Source of the DNA: Cladosporium halotolerans
Lineage: Eukaryota
Direction: 5' to 3'
DNA: 64,000 bases
Assembly: GCF_011745625.1 (NCBI RefSeq)
Contig: NW_027191469.1
Coordinates: forward strand, 186,001-250,000
The notes beneath the pieces were generated by a model. The model had not been told where the DNA came from. It made no database searches and saw only the letters and a list, made by a program, of their open reading frames with translations. The translations under genes were made by a program, and so were the position numbers. Below, piece by piece: positions 1 to 10,505 of this stretch. The number at the start of each line of letters is the position of its first letter. Positions within the stretch are counted from its first letter, which is position 1.

Positions 1-495
1 GGAGGTTAGGGATTTGAGGTCGATGCGGAGGGGTTTGGGGGCTGTTGGGGGAGGGGAGATCGCGGTCGAGAGGGAAGACGGGGGATCGGTCTGATCTGTT
101 GGTTGGGTGTTGGGGAATTCGGGGTTTGAGGCGGCTGCGGCAGTTGAGAGGAGGTTTTCGACGTCGATGCTTTTTAGCAAGGTGATCGCTTCGTTTAGTT
201 GTTCTTCATTGAGGCTCATTACGCCGAGAGTGCAGTGCAGTACACCGACTGGTCTGATTGCTTTCGGATGGATTCGCGTTGCTGCCTGGTTTACATCGTT
301 CGTAGAGCCTTCGAGTGTAGGACTGGGTTCGTCCGTCTGAGTTGATTCATTGAATGAAACATCGTCGCGGAATGACTGCAGGCTAGCCTCAAGCTGAGGC
401 TTGGAAGCAGCAGTGACTAGTGGTAGGCACAAGAAATGCGTCAAAGGAGGCTTTTTCTGCACCGGTGGCTTTCTTGGACCTCGTCCTCGCGGCAT
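1..495 (-). CDS. AKAP7/ASCC1-like 2H phosphoesterase domain protein (5' part; runs off the window edge)
   Basis: Hand translation from ATG at 495: MPRGRGPRKPPVQKKPPLTHFLCLPLVT...IHPKAIRPVGVLHCTLGVMSL...PLRIDLKSLTS. Contains the first HxT motif and the THFLCLPL segment typical of fungal AKAP7_NLS proteins. The frame is open to base 1 and is absent from the ORF track because it has no stop in the window. Confidence 0.75.
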   Translation of the reverse strand, partial: MPRGRGPRKPPVQKKPPLTHFLCLPLVTAASKPQLEASLQSFRDDVSFNESTQTDEPSPTLEGSTNDVNQAATRIHPKAIRPVGVLHCTLGVMSLNEEQLNEAITLLKSIDVENLLSTAAAASNPEFPNTQPTDQTDPPSSLSTAISPPPTAPKPLRIDLKSLTS

Positions 496-1009
496 TACGG
501 TGAAAGATCGTTGATATGGAGTTAAACGACACGTCTGGCCGAGCAAAAGGCGGCCCTGAGTCTTCAGCGCGATGAACGAAGAATACAAGTAATCGCCGTA
601 TTCGAACTGAAGAAGCGTCTTGTATGGCCGTTTGATGCTTCTCAGAGTGACGGACATTTAATGCTCACGATGGCTCATCTCTCGACCGAAATCGAAATCA
701 TCAGGCATTCAGCTTGATAAACGTTGATCATTACGAGGCCTGCTGGCTCCTTTTTCCCGATTGAAGACGTATAGCTCAGTCAGACGAGAAATAGCAACTG
801 AGACCAAATTAAATGAAAAAGGTGAATGGTACATGCATGCTGATGTGTTTGTTCTTGTACTTCGCCCATCTGCAGCATACGGAAGCTGCCGAGCAGTTTC
901 CCTGGAATGACCTCACACTCGCAGTCACACATCCCACTTTCGCGATCTAGGCCACGCGAAGTCAACACACCACTCTCTAGGCCAACAGACCCGCTCCCAC
1001 ACAACCAAC

Positions 1010-1969
1010 ATGGCCGAAACTGCGGCGACGACGGGCAACGATGTCCCCGAGAACGAGACCCCAAACCAAAAAGCCGCACGCCTGCGCCGCGAAAAACGAA
1101 ATGCCAAAATGGCCGCAACAGGCGAGGAGCGTCTGGCAAAGATCAAAGGCTTGAACGGCGGTGTCGCACCGCCCGACGAAGCTCTAGGAGGACCGACTGT
1201 CGCACCGGCTGCTCCCAAGCCTGCCACCGTGGACGACCCGGAGGAAGTCGACATTTCGGACCACCCGTATACCTCGAAGAATGTCTCGCAGACTGGAACA
1301 CCCAGAGAGAGCGCTCCTCAGCAGGGCGACCCGCTCATGCAGGCTATGATGCAGATGCAAGCTCAGCAGGCGCAGCAGAACCAGGCTCAGGGCGGCGGCG
1401 AGGAGGATCCCATGATGAAGATGATGCAGCAGCTTATGGGCATGCAGCCTGGGCAGGACCCGAATGATCCGAACGCTATGCCTCAGGAGATTCCGCAGAT
1501 GGCACAGATGCTTAGCACGATGATGGGAGGTGGTGGAATGGGAGGCGGCCAGCAGCAGCCGGTTAACAGCTCGGCGTACCTCTGGAGGATCGTGCACGCC
1601 CTGTCAGCTTTGGTCATTGCCGTCTACATCACGCTTACCACTACCTTCAGCGGGTCGAAGCTCGCCAGGACCGAGGATGTATTCGTCCAGGATGCTGGCT
1701 ACGGGCTTGGATCGAGACCGTTTCTCATATTCGCAACCACGGAGCTCATTCTGCAAACGTCAAGATATTTCATGGAGAAAGGTCAGCTGCAAGGGAGCGG
1801 CATTTTGGCGACTATCGCGAATAGCGGCTTCGTGCCTGAACCCTGGGCGCAGATGATCCGCACGATCGGAAGGTACTCTACGATCTACACCACGATTGTG
1901 GCTGATGCTATGGTTGTTATCTTCGTGTTTGGCGCGGTTGCTTGGTGGAAAGGCCTGGCGGCATCGTGA
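1010..1969 (+). CDS. GET2: GET complex subunit Get2 (ER insertase for tail-anchored proteins)
   Basis: N-terminal basic helix AARLRREKRNAKMAATGEERLAKI, M/Q-rich linker and three C-terminal hydrophobic segments. Confidence 0.8.
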   Translation: MAETAATTGNDVPENETPNQKAARLRREKRNAKMAATGEERLAKIKGLNGGVAPPDEALGGPTVAPAAPKPATVDDPEEVDISDHPYTSKNVSQTGTPRESAPQQGDPLMQAMMQMQAQQAQQNQAQGGGEEDPMMKMMQQLMGMQPGQDPNDPNAMPQEIPQMAQMLSTMMGGGGMGGGQQQPVNSSAYLWRIVHALSALVIAVYITLTTTFSGSKLARTEDVFVQDAGYGLGSRPFLIFATTELILQTSRYFMEKGQLQGSGILATIANSGFVPEPWAQMIRTIGRYSTIYTTIVADAMVVIFVFGAVAWWKGLAAS

Positions 1970-2176
1970 AGGCAGATTTGATTCCCATTTTGCGCGTTGA
2001 AAGCCACAATTTTCACGAAAATAAAGGCCGGATCATGATAAGTACTCGTACAGTCGAGATTGTATTGTACAGCCAGCATATCTACATTTGTTCGCAAAAG
2101 TAATTCCCCCAAACCCTGATTTTCCTCAAAAACGCCATGCTATGCACCATCTGCAATTTCAAATGTCTCCGGTCCA

Positions 2177-2839
2177 CTAAGCAGCCATTTCACCCCTGGC
2201 CTGCTCGAGCAGCTCCTTCTCCCTCTTCTGTCTCGCCCGGACCTCAGCACTCAACTTCGCAGCCGCAGCGCTCCTCACTCGTTGCTCTTCCAGTGTCGCC
2301 AGCTCCTCCTTGTCCTGCGCTGTAGGCTCCACAGGATATGCCTTAGTCAGTTGGACGAGCGCGTCAAGGATTTGTGAGTTGTTGAAGTTGGTCATGTTGA
2401 TCGTCTCCACACGGTCCGAGGGGGCGGCTACTGAAGGCGTGGTATTCTTGGTCGTGCTGTCGCGGGCGGCGGGTGAGGATGTCGCGGATGACGAGGTTTG
2501 AGGTGCGGAATCGTTAGTGTAGTGGACGCTGAGAATGGCCTTCTCGTCTTGCGCGGCGGTTCGGTCGATGGTCATGGGGATCGCTGGGTTGTGGAACTTC
2601 AGGCGGACGAGCTCGTGGCGCCAGAACTTTCTGCAATTGATGTCAAATTATGATCAAGCGTATATACGCATCAGCTCTGCATACCTAGGGCCCATGTGTC
2701 CACCATTCATGTTCGGCGCAAAGCGCAGGTGTATCTTCTTGATGTCCTTTGGCAGAATGAATGCGCCAGAGCCGAGACGGATGGCGAGGAGCTTAGTTTG
2801 CAGCTTGCGCATGCGCTGCGGTAGCGAAGAGGAGCCCAT
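2177..2839 (-). CDS. MRP49: Mitochondrial large-subunit ribosomal protein Mrp49 (L51/S25/CI-B8 domain); exons 2839-2685, 2630-2177
   Basis: Spliced product ...LLAIRLGSGAFILPKDIKKIHLRFAPNMNGGHMGPR|KFWRHELVRLKFHNPAIPMTIDR... GTATGC...TGCAG intron 2684-2631; spliced length 609 nt is in frame. Confidence 0.85.
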
Positions 2840-3112
2840 TTTCGTCGTATATGGAGATGTGATTTGCTGCCTTTTCCTATGCTCATGCAAGTGAAGTGAT
2901 CCCAAAAGGCGTTCGCATGTTCGCACACGAGTCATGTAGCCTCCTGGACTTTGTGCGGAACCAGCGAGGCACCTCCGCGAGCCGCATCTGAAGCGCATTG
3001 GAAAGTAGAGCGCCGTCGAAGGTCTACAAGCACACGACTTCTCGGCATCTCTCTACCCATCAGACTGCGAGCGCCGTATTCTCGCACACTGGAGTGAGAG
3101 CAGTCGGTCGCT

Positions 3113-4411
3113 ATGTCAGCTCTCCTTCGCCGCCCTGGCATCCTCGCCCCAGCGAGGAGGGCATTCTCCACATCGACACCACGTCTTGCAGGTCTTCAGT
3201 GGGAAGGCAACCACCACGAGATTCTCGGCGACACCGTTCCCCGGTACCCCTACGGCCCGCCCTCAGTCTACAAGCAGTCTCGCAAAGGTCTTTACGGTGG
3301 ACAGCGAATTCGATTTGGCAACAAGGTCTCTAGGAAGGAGAACAAGAGCAGACGATCATGGCGCCCCAACATCTTGTCGAAGCGCCTTTTTTCCAAATCC
3401 CTGAACAGACATGTACAGATTAAAGTCAGCTCTAGAGTTCTCAGAACAATCGACAAGCTCGGAGGTCTGGACGAGTATCTACTTGGAGAGAAGGAAGCTA
3501 GGATCAAGGAACTCGGCGAGAGTGGTTGGTGGCTACGATGGGCAATCATGCAAACCCCGGCTGTTAAGAAGCGTTTCGCCGCTGAGCGCGAGGCTCTGGG
3601 CTTGCCGGCCAGCGAGGAAGAATTCAGCGTCATGGAAGAGGATGCAGAGGCTGTCCGCGAGGCCTCTACGCCCGACGCCGAGATCGCAGAACTCACAATC
3701 GACGAGAACGCAGACCCCGAAGCTGAGCCTGCACCGCTGGTCTCCGAGGTTTTGGCTGAGGACGACGTCTTCCAGGTCGAGCAGTCGAAGGATCTACCGC
3801 CTTTGCGGTTCCGTGTTGGTCACAGACAATACATCATGTTGACCGATCAAGGCTGGCGGTCGCTGGTGCCCTCCACTCTCAACTCGGAGAAGCGACCAAC
3901 AAAAGCAAATCTTCGGGCCGCAGAGCGCTGGCGGGATCAGATGATGGAGGGGGGATTCGATGAAGTCAGAGCAAGGTTGGAAAAAGTCCTTATGGAAGAA
4001 GAAATTGAGGCTGGGCTTGCTCGGCGCGATGCCGTGAGAGCTGAGCGTGCTGCACGGGCTGAGAAAGCTGCGGCCGCCGGTGAGAGGCCTCCGCGCATAA
4101 GAAGCCGGCGCCGCAAGCAGAGTCCTGAAGTGGGCGATGAAGGAGCAGTCCAGCCCGGGCAGCAGGTCACTGAAAAGCCGTTCATCAGCCAGATGCAGCA
4201 ATTCAGAGTGACTCGTGAAATGGCAGCGGCCTCCCCGTTGCTAGAGAAGCTTTATAAGCAGGAAGTCAACAAACAGATGAAGGAGATGATCAACGAGAAG
4301 AGTCAGCTTCAGGTTAGGCTCAAAGGGGCTCATGAATTTGAGGCGGCTCAGAAAATACAGGCCACGCAAGGAATCGAAGCAACGCAACAAAAGAAAGTAG
4401 AGCAGCTTTAA
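3113..4411 (+). CDS. MRPL24: Mitochondrial ribosomal protein bL28m (MrpL24) with long C-terminal extension
   Basis: Mitochondrial-presequence-like N-terminus and L28 motif KGLYGGQRIRFGNKVS...SRRSWRPNI...VSSRVLRTIDKLGGLDEYLLG. Confidence 0.9.
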   Translation: MSALLRRPGILAPARRAFSTSTPRLAGLQWEGNHHEILGDTVPRYPYGPPSVYKQSRKGLYGGQRIRFGNKVSRKENKSRRSWRPNILSKRLFSKSLNRHVQIKVSSRVLRTIDKLGGLDEYLLGEKEARIKELGESGWWLRWAIMQTPAVKKRFAAEREALGLPASEEEFSVMEEDAEAVREASTPDAEIAELTIDENADPEAEPAPLVSEVLAEDDVFQVEQSKDLPPLRFRVGHRQYIMLTDQGWRSLVPSTLNSEKRPTKANLRAAERWRDQMMEGGFDEVRARLEKVLMEEEIEAGLARRDAVRAERAARAEKAAAAGERPPRIRSRRRKQSPEVGDEGAVQPGQQVTEKPFISQMQQFRVTREMAAASPLLEKLYKQEVNKQMKEMINEKSQLQVRLKGAHEFEAAQKIQATQGIEATQQKKVEQL

Positions 4412-4787
4412 ATCTGACGTCTCAACTTAGTATCCGCTCGAGGGATCAGAACGGTTGTCACCTGGAGCCGTACCCTCCGTGTCATATAGATGTACATTAG
4501 CAATCGAAACATGATCTAAACAGTATAGCTCGACCTGAAGCCACGAGTGAAGCTGAAATAAATCACCATCCTCCTATTTCATTCCTTGCGATGTGCAGGT
4601 TGTAATGCCTATGTCGGAAGTTGTGCAAAATATTGGGGACTTTTCAATCTTATCTGCGATCCGAGACAGGCAAGCTGCGAAGCTCGGCGACCAAAAGACC
4701 GGACGTGTGGACAAACGACCTTCCTTCACCTTTTCGAGAAGCCCATCTGAACACTGCTGACGCGTTGCATGCTACCATGAAGAGGAT

Positions 4788-6643
4788 ATGGATACCAGGA
4801 AGATACCTTCACGCAAAGAAGGGAGGGTGATAATTCACTTTGTAAGCGTTTGAGAAACCGTCCAGACCACCCAACCCCATGCTGACTGTCCCACGTGCAG
4901 GACTACGACTGCTTCTATGCAGCCGTTTTCGAAGCAAAGAATCCAAGCCTCAAAGCCCTACCGTTCGCTGTACAGCAGAAACAGATCATCGTTACGTGCA
5001 ACTATGAAGCCCGCCGTCGAGGCCTGCACAAGCTCCAGCTCATCCGCGACGCGAAGCGCATATGCCCGGAAGTGATAATAGAGCTTGGAGAGGACATCAG
5101 CCGGTTCCGAGATGCCAGCAAGGAACTGTACAAATTCATCGAGGCCTATACCTGGAACGGCAAGGTGGAGCGGCTGGGGTTTGACGAGGTCTGGCTGGAT
5201 GTCACCGACATGGTCGATTACAACATGGAAATCTTGAACAAAAACGACCTTGAACACTCCTTTTTCCAAGTCTCGCGGGATGATCCTACGGTTGGGTTCG
5301 ACTTTGATGCGACCGCTGTCACTGGGCACACCTATCCAAAGGACTACAGCTTCCCTTCGGCAGAAGCGGTGGACGAGGCAACGCTCAGGCTTCGTCTGGG
5401 CAGTCATCTTGCAATATTCGTGCGCCATGCGCTGGAGCAGCACAAGGGCTATACGGCGACTGTCGGTATCGCTACCAACAAGCTCCTGTCTAAGCTCGTC
5501 GGTAACCTTCACAAGCCGAAAGACCAGACGACACTAATGCCGAACCCGAACACATCTGGCGACCATGGCAGCCACGCAATGGCTTTTCTGGCCGACCACG
5601 AGATTGGTAAAGTGCCCGGTATTGGCTTCAAGCTCGCCCAAAAGCTCAGGGAACATCTACTCCATCGTCCCGCCGACTTCGACCAAGGCCTCGTGTACGG
5701 CGGAACGAAAGAGCGCGTCACTGTCGGCATGGTCAGAGAGTGCCCGGATGTGAATTCTGAAATGCTGGAAAAGCTGCTTGCTGGACCTGGCTCCCAGCAC
5801 GGCATCGGCTACAAAGTGTGGTGTCTCCTGCATGCCATCGACGATTCTGAAGTCAGTCAGATGCGGACAGTGCCACGTCAGATCAGTATTGAGGACAGCT
5901 ACATTCGCTTGGACACTTTGCCTGAGGTCCTTCGAGAATTGAATATTCTGGCGAAGAGCCTCATCACTCGCATGAGAATCGATCTCCTCGGTTCTGACGA
6001 GCAGTTCGAGCCAGTCCCGTCCGAAGACGACCCGGACGAGACAAGAGCGCCCTCAACCGATGGAAAAAAGTGGCTGGCCCATCCAAAAACGATTCGCCTG
6101 ACAACACGTCCGCGACAGGCCATGCTTCCAGATGGCACCCGCCCCCGGTCCTTCAAGAGAATCTCTCACTCTGCCCCTCTTCCCAACTTCATTTTCGCTC
6201 TTGGCGAAAGCATAGAGAGCTTAGCGGACAAGCTTGTCAAAGAGTGTCTTGTCGGCATGTTCCGCAAGCTGCATCCTGAAAAAGCCGGCTGGAATCTAAG
6301 CCTGGTGAATCTTGCCGTCACTAATATGGCGGAGACTGCTGGGAACAGCAAGACCGCGAACGGCAGGGATATCAGCAATATGTTCAGAAGACAGGAGGAT
6401 GTGCTCAAAGACTTCAGAGTAACTGATCACGACGACTCAAGCACGCCGAGCGAGGTCGTCGCCGATGTCGGGCTAAAGCAAGAGCACGGTGACGAGCAGC
6501 AAGCGCCTATGGTAGTAGATGCAGTGCATGACGAATGGGATGACGGAAGTGAAGGTGAAGACGATGCAAGATGCGAGGTATGTGGCATGAGCTTACCTTC
6601 GTTCGCTATGGTGGCTCATCGCCGTTTCCATTCTCTACCATGA
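4788..6643 (+). CDS. Y-family translesion DNA polymerase (iota/eta-like); exons 4788-4841, 4901-6643
   Basis: Splicing GTAAGC...GCTGAC...GCAG (4842-4900) restores the catalytic IIHFDYDCFYA. Also CNYEARRRG, GFDEVWLD, VGIATNKLLSKL, HKPKDQT, VPGIG and a C-terminal UBZ-type finger CEVC...HRRFH. Confidence 0.9.
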
Positions 6644-7892
6644 TGGTGAGCAGACAGCAACGCAGGACATTTTCGCTTCACCCGCGCTTGAATGCAGCAA
6701 ATGATGACAATCAGCACCGTCCCTTACCCTGACCTTCCAGAGAGCCAAAGAAGTGCAGAGTAAGCCCTTGTTCATCAAGGAATGTGCAATCAAGACCCAA
6801 CAAAGCGCTATTCCCAAATTCTCGACGACCATGGCAAACACGGCGCAGTCCCTGAATTTAAGTGAATGAAACCGAAAGAGCTTCTTCTGCCTTGCGCTTT
6901 CGGAACGTCCAGAGGAAGGCCTGAAAGTATTTGCAAAGGCCTCAATGCCCTCCGTGGAACACTGGGCAGCCATTCCAGCTCGAAGACGATTCCCATCGCT
7001 CATGCCGGCTGACCCCCCTGTGCGACGATATATGTACGGCTGTGGAGCAGTGACTGTTGCAGCATTTGTTATCTCCTGTCTTCGTGGCCGGTTTGGTGAG
7101 TAGCGGTTCGCAAAGAAGTGGGTCTTTGTTTGCAGTTGTCTCGCCTACCGCTGCCTCTGCTCGTTCTGACCCTGGATTGGGCTAATTAGCCATAGAATCG
7201 TGGGCCTTTGCTCAAGAATATTCGACAAGCATCTCGATTCCCGTGAAGCTGCTGTCAGCGGGTCAGCGCACATCCAAGTAGTAGGCGAGGGGGAGAGCGG
7301 TGTCAATGATCGAACGACGCAGAGCTAATATGTGAAAGGTTAGAAACACGTCGACGTTGGCAAGTGACGGCGAGCGCTCCCGAACGATAGCGTAATCCTT
7401 GAAAAGATGAGCTTGACGGTCGTTGCGGCAGCAATGGTATAAGTGTGGATAAGAACCTCCATGATCTTCAGGTGAACGCGATGGGAGTACGGCCATTGAG
7501 GTGCTGTCAGCAAGAGCATGAACACGGGGTAAACGAAGATGGAGAAGTGTCGTTGGGGAGCGAAAACGCATGTGAACCTCATCGCCACACGTGATACTCA
7601 CAACCGGATGTGACTGCGACTATTGCTTGTGGATCGATCAATCGGCATCACATGCTTCGTTCACTCTCAGCTTCGAAATTGAGCCACGCGCAGCTGCCAT
7701 CGCCACCAGAATCAGCTGTCACGTCCCACTCCACCGAAGAGCACATTGACAGCTCAGAGTGAAAGAAGCGCAAATACCCGCACCTACGCGCAGCCCGCTC
7801 TGGACTTTTCACTCGAACTTCTCCGCTCCCAACCTCCCACGACACAACCACCCACCCACCCACACCAACAAACCACCACCACCACCGCAACA

Positions 7893-8393
7893 ATGGCCAG
7901 CACCACCACGCCCGCCACCACCACCCCGCGCGCCCGCGCCTACAACGACGCGCACGAAGCGCTCACAAACACGAGCCAGCGCACCGAAGCCATCGTCGGT
8001 CCGCTCATCAACGACGCGACCCTAACAACCCACGACCTGCGCGCCCTCTTCGGCGCAATCCGCAAGCCCTTCCTCGTCCTCCTGTGGAAGCACAAGCAGA
8101 TGGACATGTTCCTGTACCGCGCGGAGCGCATGGGCTTCGATTACGCGAAGAGCACCGACGAGGACACCACCCACCCGCGCAGGACGGCGCGCCTGGCGTT
8201 CAACGCCACCATGGACGACCAGCTGGAGATGGATACGGGCGACGCGAAGGAGGTGAAGAAGATGATCCTGCAGCACGTCAACGTTTTCAACGAAGCCGAG
8301 GCGGAAATGGCGCTCAAGGAGGCGATCAAGGCGAAGTTGGTCCAGGAGGCCAAGGAGGACGTGGAGGGGCAGTCGATGGAGCAGGAGGCTTGA
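7893..8393 (+). CDS. Hypothetical protein, 166 aa, predicted helical
   Basis: Good ATG context (caacaATGG), strong GC3 codon bias, CA-rich leader. No recognised domain. Confidence 0.65.
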   Translation: MASTTTPATTTPRARAYNDAHEALTNTSQRTEAIVGPLINDATLTTHDLRALFGAIRKPFLVLLWKHKQMDMFLYRAERMGFDYAKSTDEDTTHPRRTARLAFNATMDDQLEMDTGDAKEVKKMILQHVNVFNEAEAEMALKEAIKAKLVQEAKEDVEGQSMEQEA

Positions 8394-8681
8394 TTTTTGT
8401 TTGTTCTGAAGGGCCTATGGGCTTGGGAACGTTGTTAGTCTCCTCAAGCGCAAGACTCGAGTCGAGTTTGTTTGTTTGTCTAGCTAATGATCGAGAATGC
8501 AAACGGAAGCACTTCTAAATGTTTTTCATCAAACGAACGTAGATCTTCCGTTGATCCTTCACGCTGCACGATGAAGTGACGTCGAGCGCGCGGATTCCTG
8601 GGGCTGAGCTGGCGAGAAGTTGACTACGCGTGCAAATACCCATTATTCAACCGCTCTTTGGATTCGCGCAATCTAAGCATG

Positions 8682-8894
8682 ATAATCAATGCTCTCCGGG
8701 TGATTCATCGATAATAGGAGTCTGCAGGAGATGGTAGCACCTTGACTGCCTCGGAGAAACTTGTCGCGTTGCGTTCCCTAATACACTATCAGCAGCCCAG
8801 GAATCCAATCATGTAATCGAAGCTCTCCGAGGGATACATCGATACTGGGGGCTTGCAGGAGATGGTAGCACGTTGAATGCCTCTGGGAAACTTG
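8682..8894. repeat. Degenerate direct repeat, two copies of about 82 nt, period 131 nt
   Basis: Copy 1 taatcaatgctctccgggtgattcatcgataataggagtctgcaggagatggtagcaccttgactgcctcggagaaacttg; copy 2 taatcgaagctctccgagggatacatcgatactgggggcttgcaggagatggtagcacgttgaatgcctctgggaaacttg. Identical core tgcaggagatggtagcac at 8723 and 8854. Confidence 0.85.
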
Positions 8895-9458
8895 ATGCTC
8901 TTCGTCGTTTCGGGCTCTGCATATTTGGCGTCAGAGTCGGGTCAGGATCAGATATTTGCACAAACATGGTACCTTCGGCTCGGCTTATCAACAGACACCG
9001 AACCCGAGACATACGCATACCTGTTAGACGGGATCAGGTTCATATCATGTTGGAAAGTTACCACATAGGGAATTCAACGAGTTATCCGCAATCTGAGTGA
9101 CATCCGTCAGCTTACGACCGGTAGAGATCTCAGATCATCACAAACCTGACCTATATCTACATTCGAAGTATGCAAAGTCTCATCATCAGCAGCCAGGAAG
9201 AACGCAAGCACATCAAAATAAACCGAATTGGCAAAGGTCATAATGATCCGACCTCACCGTTCTAAAATTATGTTATGCTATCTTATCTCATGCCATCAGG
9301 GTATCACGTATTCTCATCATGAAAAGGAAAAAAAAAGCCTCCATACCACCAGTCACCGCCAGCAAACGCCATCCCATGCAACGCTAAAGTCCAGTCCAAC
9401 CCCCGTCTCTTAATATCCAGTTTCTTCACACCATGTATCTAATCGTTGACCAAACATC

Positions 9459-10505
9459 TCATCGCCCCACGACAGAATCCTCCCTACCCTCTTCCTCTTT
9501 CCCCTCCGCCGCTTTCTCGCCCCCAATCGGCCCCAGCGTCCACACCCACTCGCGATGCCGCTTCTTGCGCCCCGCCACAGGCGTCGCGGGACACGCGTCG
9601 CTGTCGTCCTCCTCGTCGGACGAGTCGCGCTTGTCGCCCGTGCGGGGCGGGAAGGGGCGGTTGGGTTTGGGCTTGGGGGCGTAGGATTCTTGTTTTTGGT
9701 CTGCGGCGGGCTTGTCCTCAGGATTGCGCGCTGAGGATGGTGATGAGGATTGCTCCGCGGGTTGAGAAGGTTCTTTATCCGGCGACGGGGGCGAGAGCTC
9801 GAGCGTGGAGATGGTGGACATGGAGGAGTCGATGTCGGAATGGCGGAGGGTGTATTTCTCCGTTTTGATGTCCTCGGTCAGGGGCGCGCGGAAGGCGACT
9901 TTCTTCGCGGCGGGGAACATTGGTTTGGTGGGCTTTTTGCGCTGCGTGGCGGGCCGGGAGAGGGGGCTGTTGGAGAGGATTGATGGGAGGTTGTAGGTGA
10001 GCTTGTAGGGGACTGGGGGCGGGATGGAGTCGATGGTTGATGTTGAGATTGCGGAGGTTGTGGATGAGGTTGATGTTGACGAGGTGGAGGAGGCGTCAAG
10101 GTGGTCTTGGGCGGTTGGTGAGGTTGAGGGTGCGTCGTGGGTGGGGATGTTAGATGTCGAGAGGGTTGACAGGGTTGGTCGCTTGGGTCTGGAGCCGGGG
10201 GCTTTCAAGCCGGAGTCCTCTTCGTGGGCGTTGCTGAAAGTGTTGCGGATGGTCGGTGAAGTGGCCGAGAGGGTTTCTAATCGCAGGCTCGTCGTCTTCT
10301 TGCCGAAAGCGGGTGGTAGTATAGTGGTGTTCAGCGATAGCTTGGGCCGTTTTGATGGCGACGGTGCGCTAGCCAGCAACGGCGGCTGACTGTAGGTCGC
10401 AGGCGACGACGGCAGAATGGCAAGCGACATGGTGCTCGTGGGTGTAGTGGAGGTGTGGTGACTTGACAGAGAGTGCGGTGATTGCGACGGCATGCAGGCC
10501 AGCAT
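9459..10505 (-). CDS. Disordered Ser/Thr/Pro-rich protein with short ordered motifs (start at 10505 or 10430)
   Basis: Long coding-biased ORF with motif islands KRPKLSLNT, SPTIRNTFSNA, KKVAFRAPLTEDIKTEKYTLRHSDI and REWVWTLGP, which resemble an uncharacterised Pezizomycotina family. Confidence 0.75.
   Translation of the reverse strand: MLACMPSQSPHSLSSHHTSTTPTSTMSLAILPSSPATYSQPPLLASAPSPSKRPKLSLNTTILPPAFGKKTTSLRLETLSATSPTIRNTFSNAHEEDSGLKAPGSRPKRPTLSTLSTSNIPTHDAPSTSPTAQDHLDASSTSSTSTSSTTSAISTSTIDSIPPPVPYKLTYNLPSILSNSPLSRPATQRKKPTKPMFPAAKKVAFRAPLTEDIKTEKYTLRHSDIDSSMSTISTLELSPPSPDKEPSQPAEQSSSPSSARNPEDKPAADQKQESYAPKPKPNRPFPPRTGDKRDSSDEEDDSDACPATPVAGRKKRHREWVWTLGPIGGEKAAEGKEEEGREDSVVGR

Noticed and set aside
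6700..6775. C/D-box-like ATGATGA...CTGA, and an RNase MRP CR-V-like AACAAGGGCTTACTC on the minus strand
   Set aside because: No convincing rRNA guide next to box D and no matching MRP P4 5' strand (GAAAGUCCCC-like); lies in the polymerase 3' UTR.
7095..7154. Apparent H-type pseudoknot (telomerase RNA idea)
   Set aside because: Connecting loops of 0-1 nt make the two helices mutually exclusive, and no template sequence is nearby.
8682..8894. CRISPR-like repeat-spacer interpretation of the duplication
   Set aside because: Only two degenerate copies, in a eukaryotic context with no cas genes.
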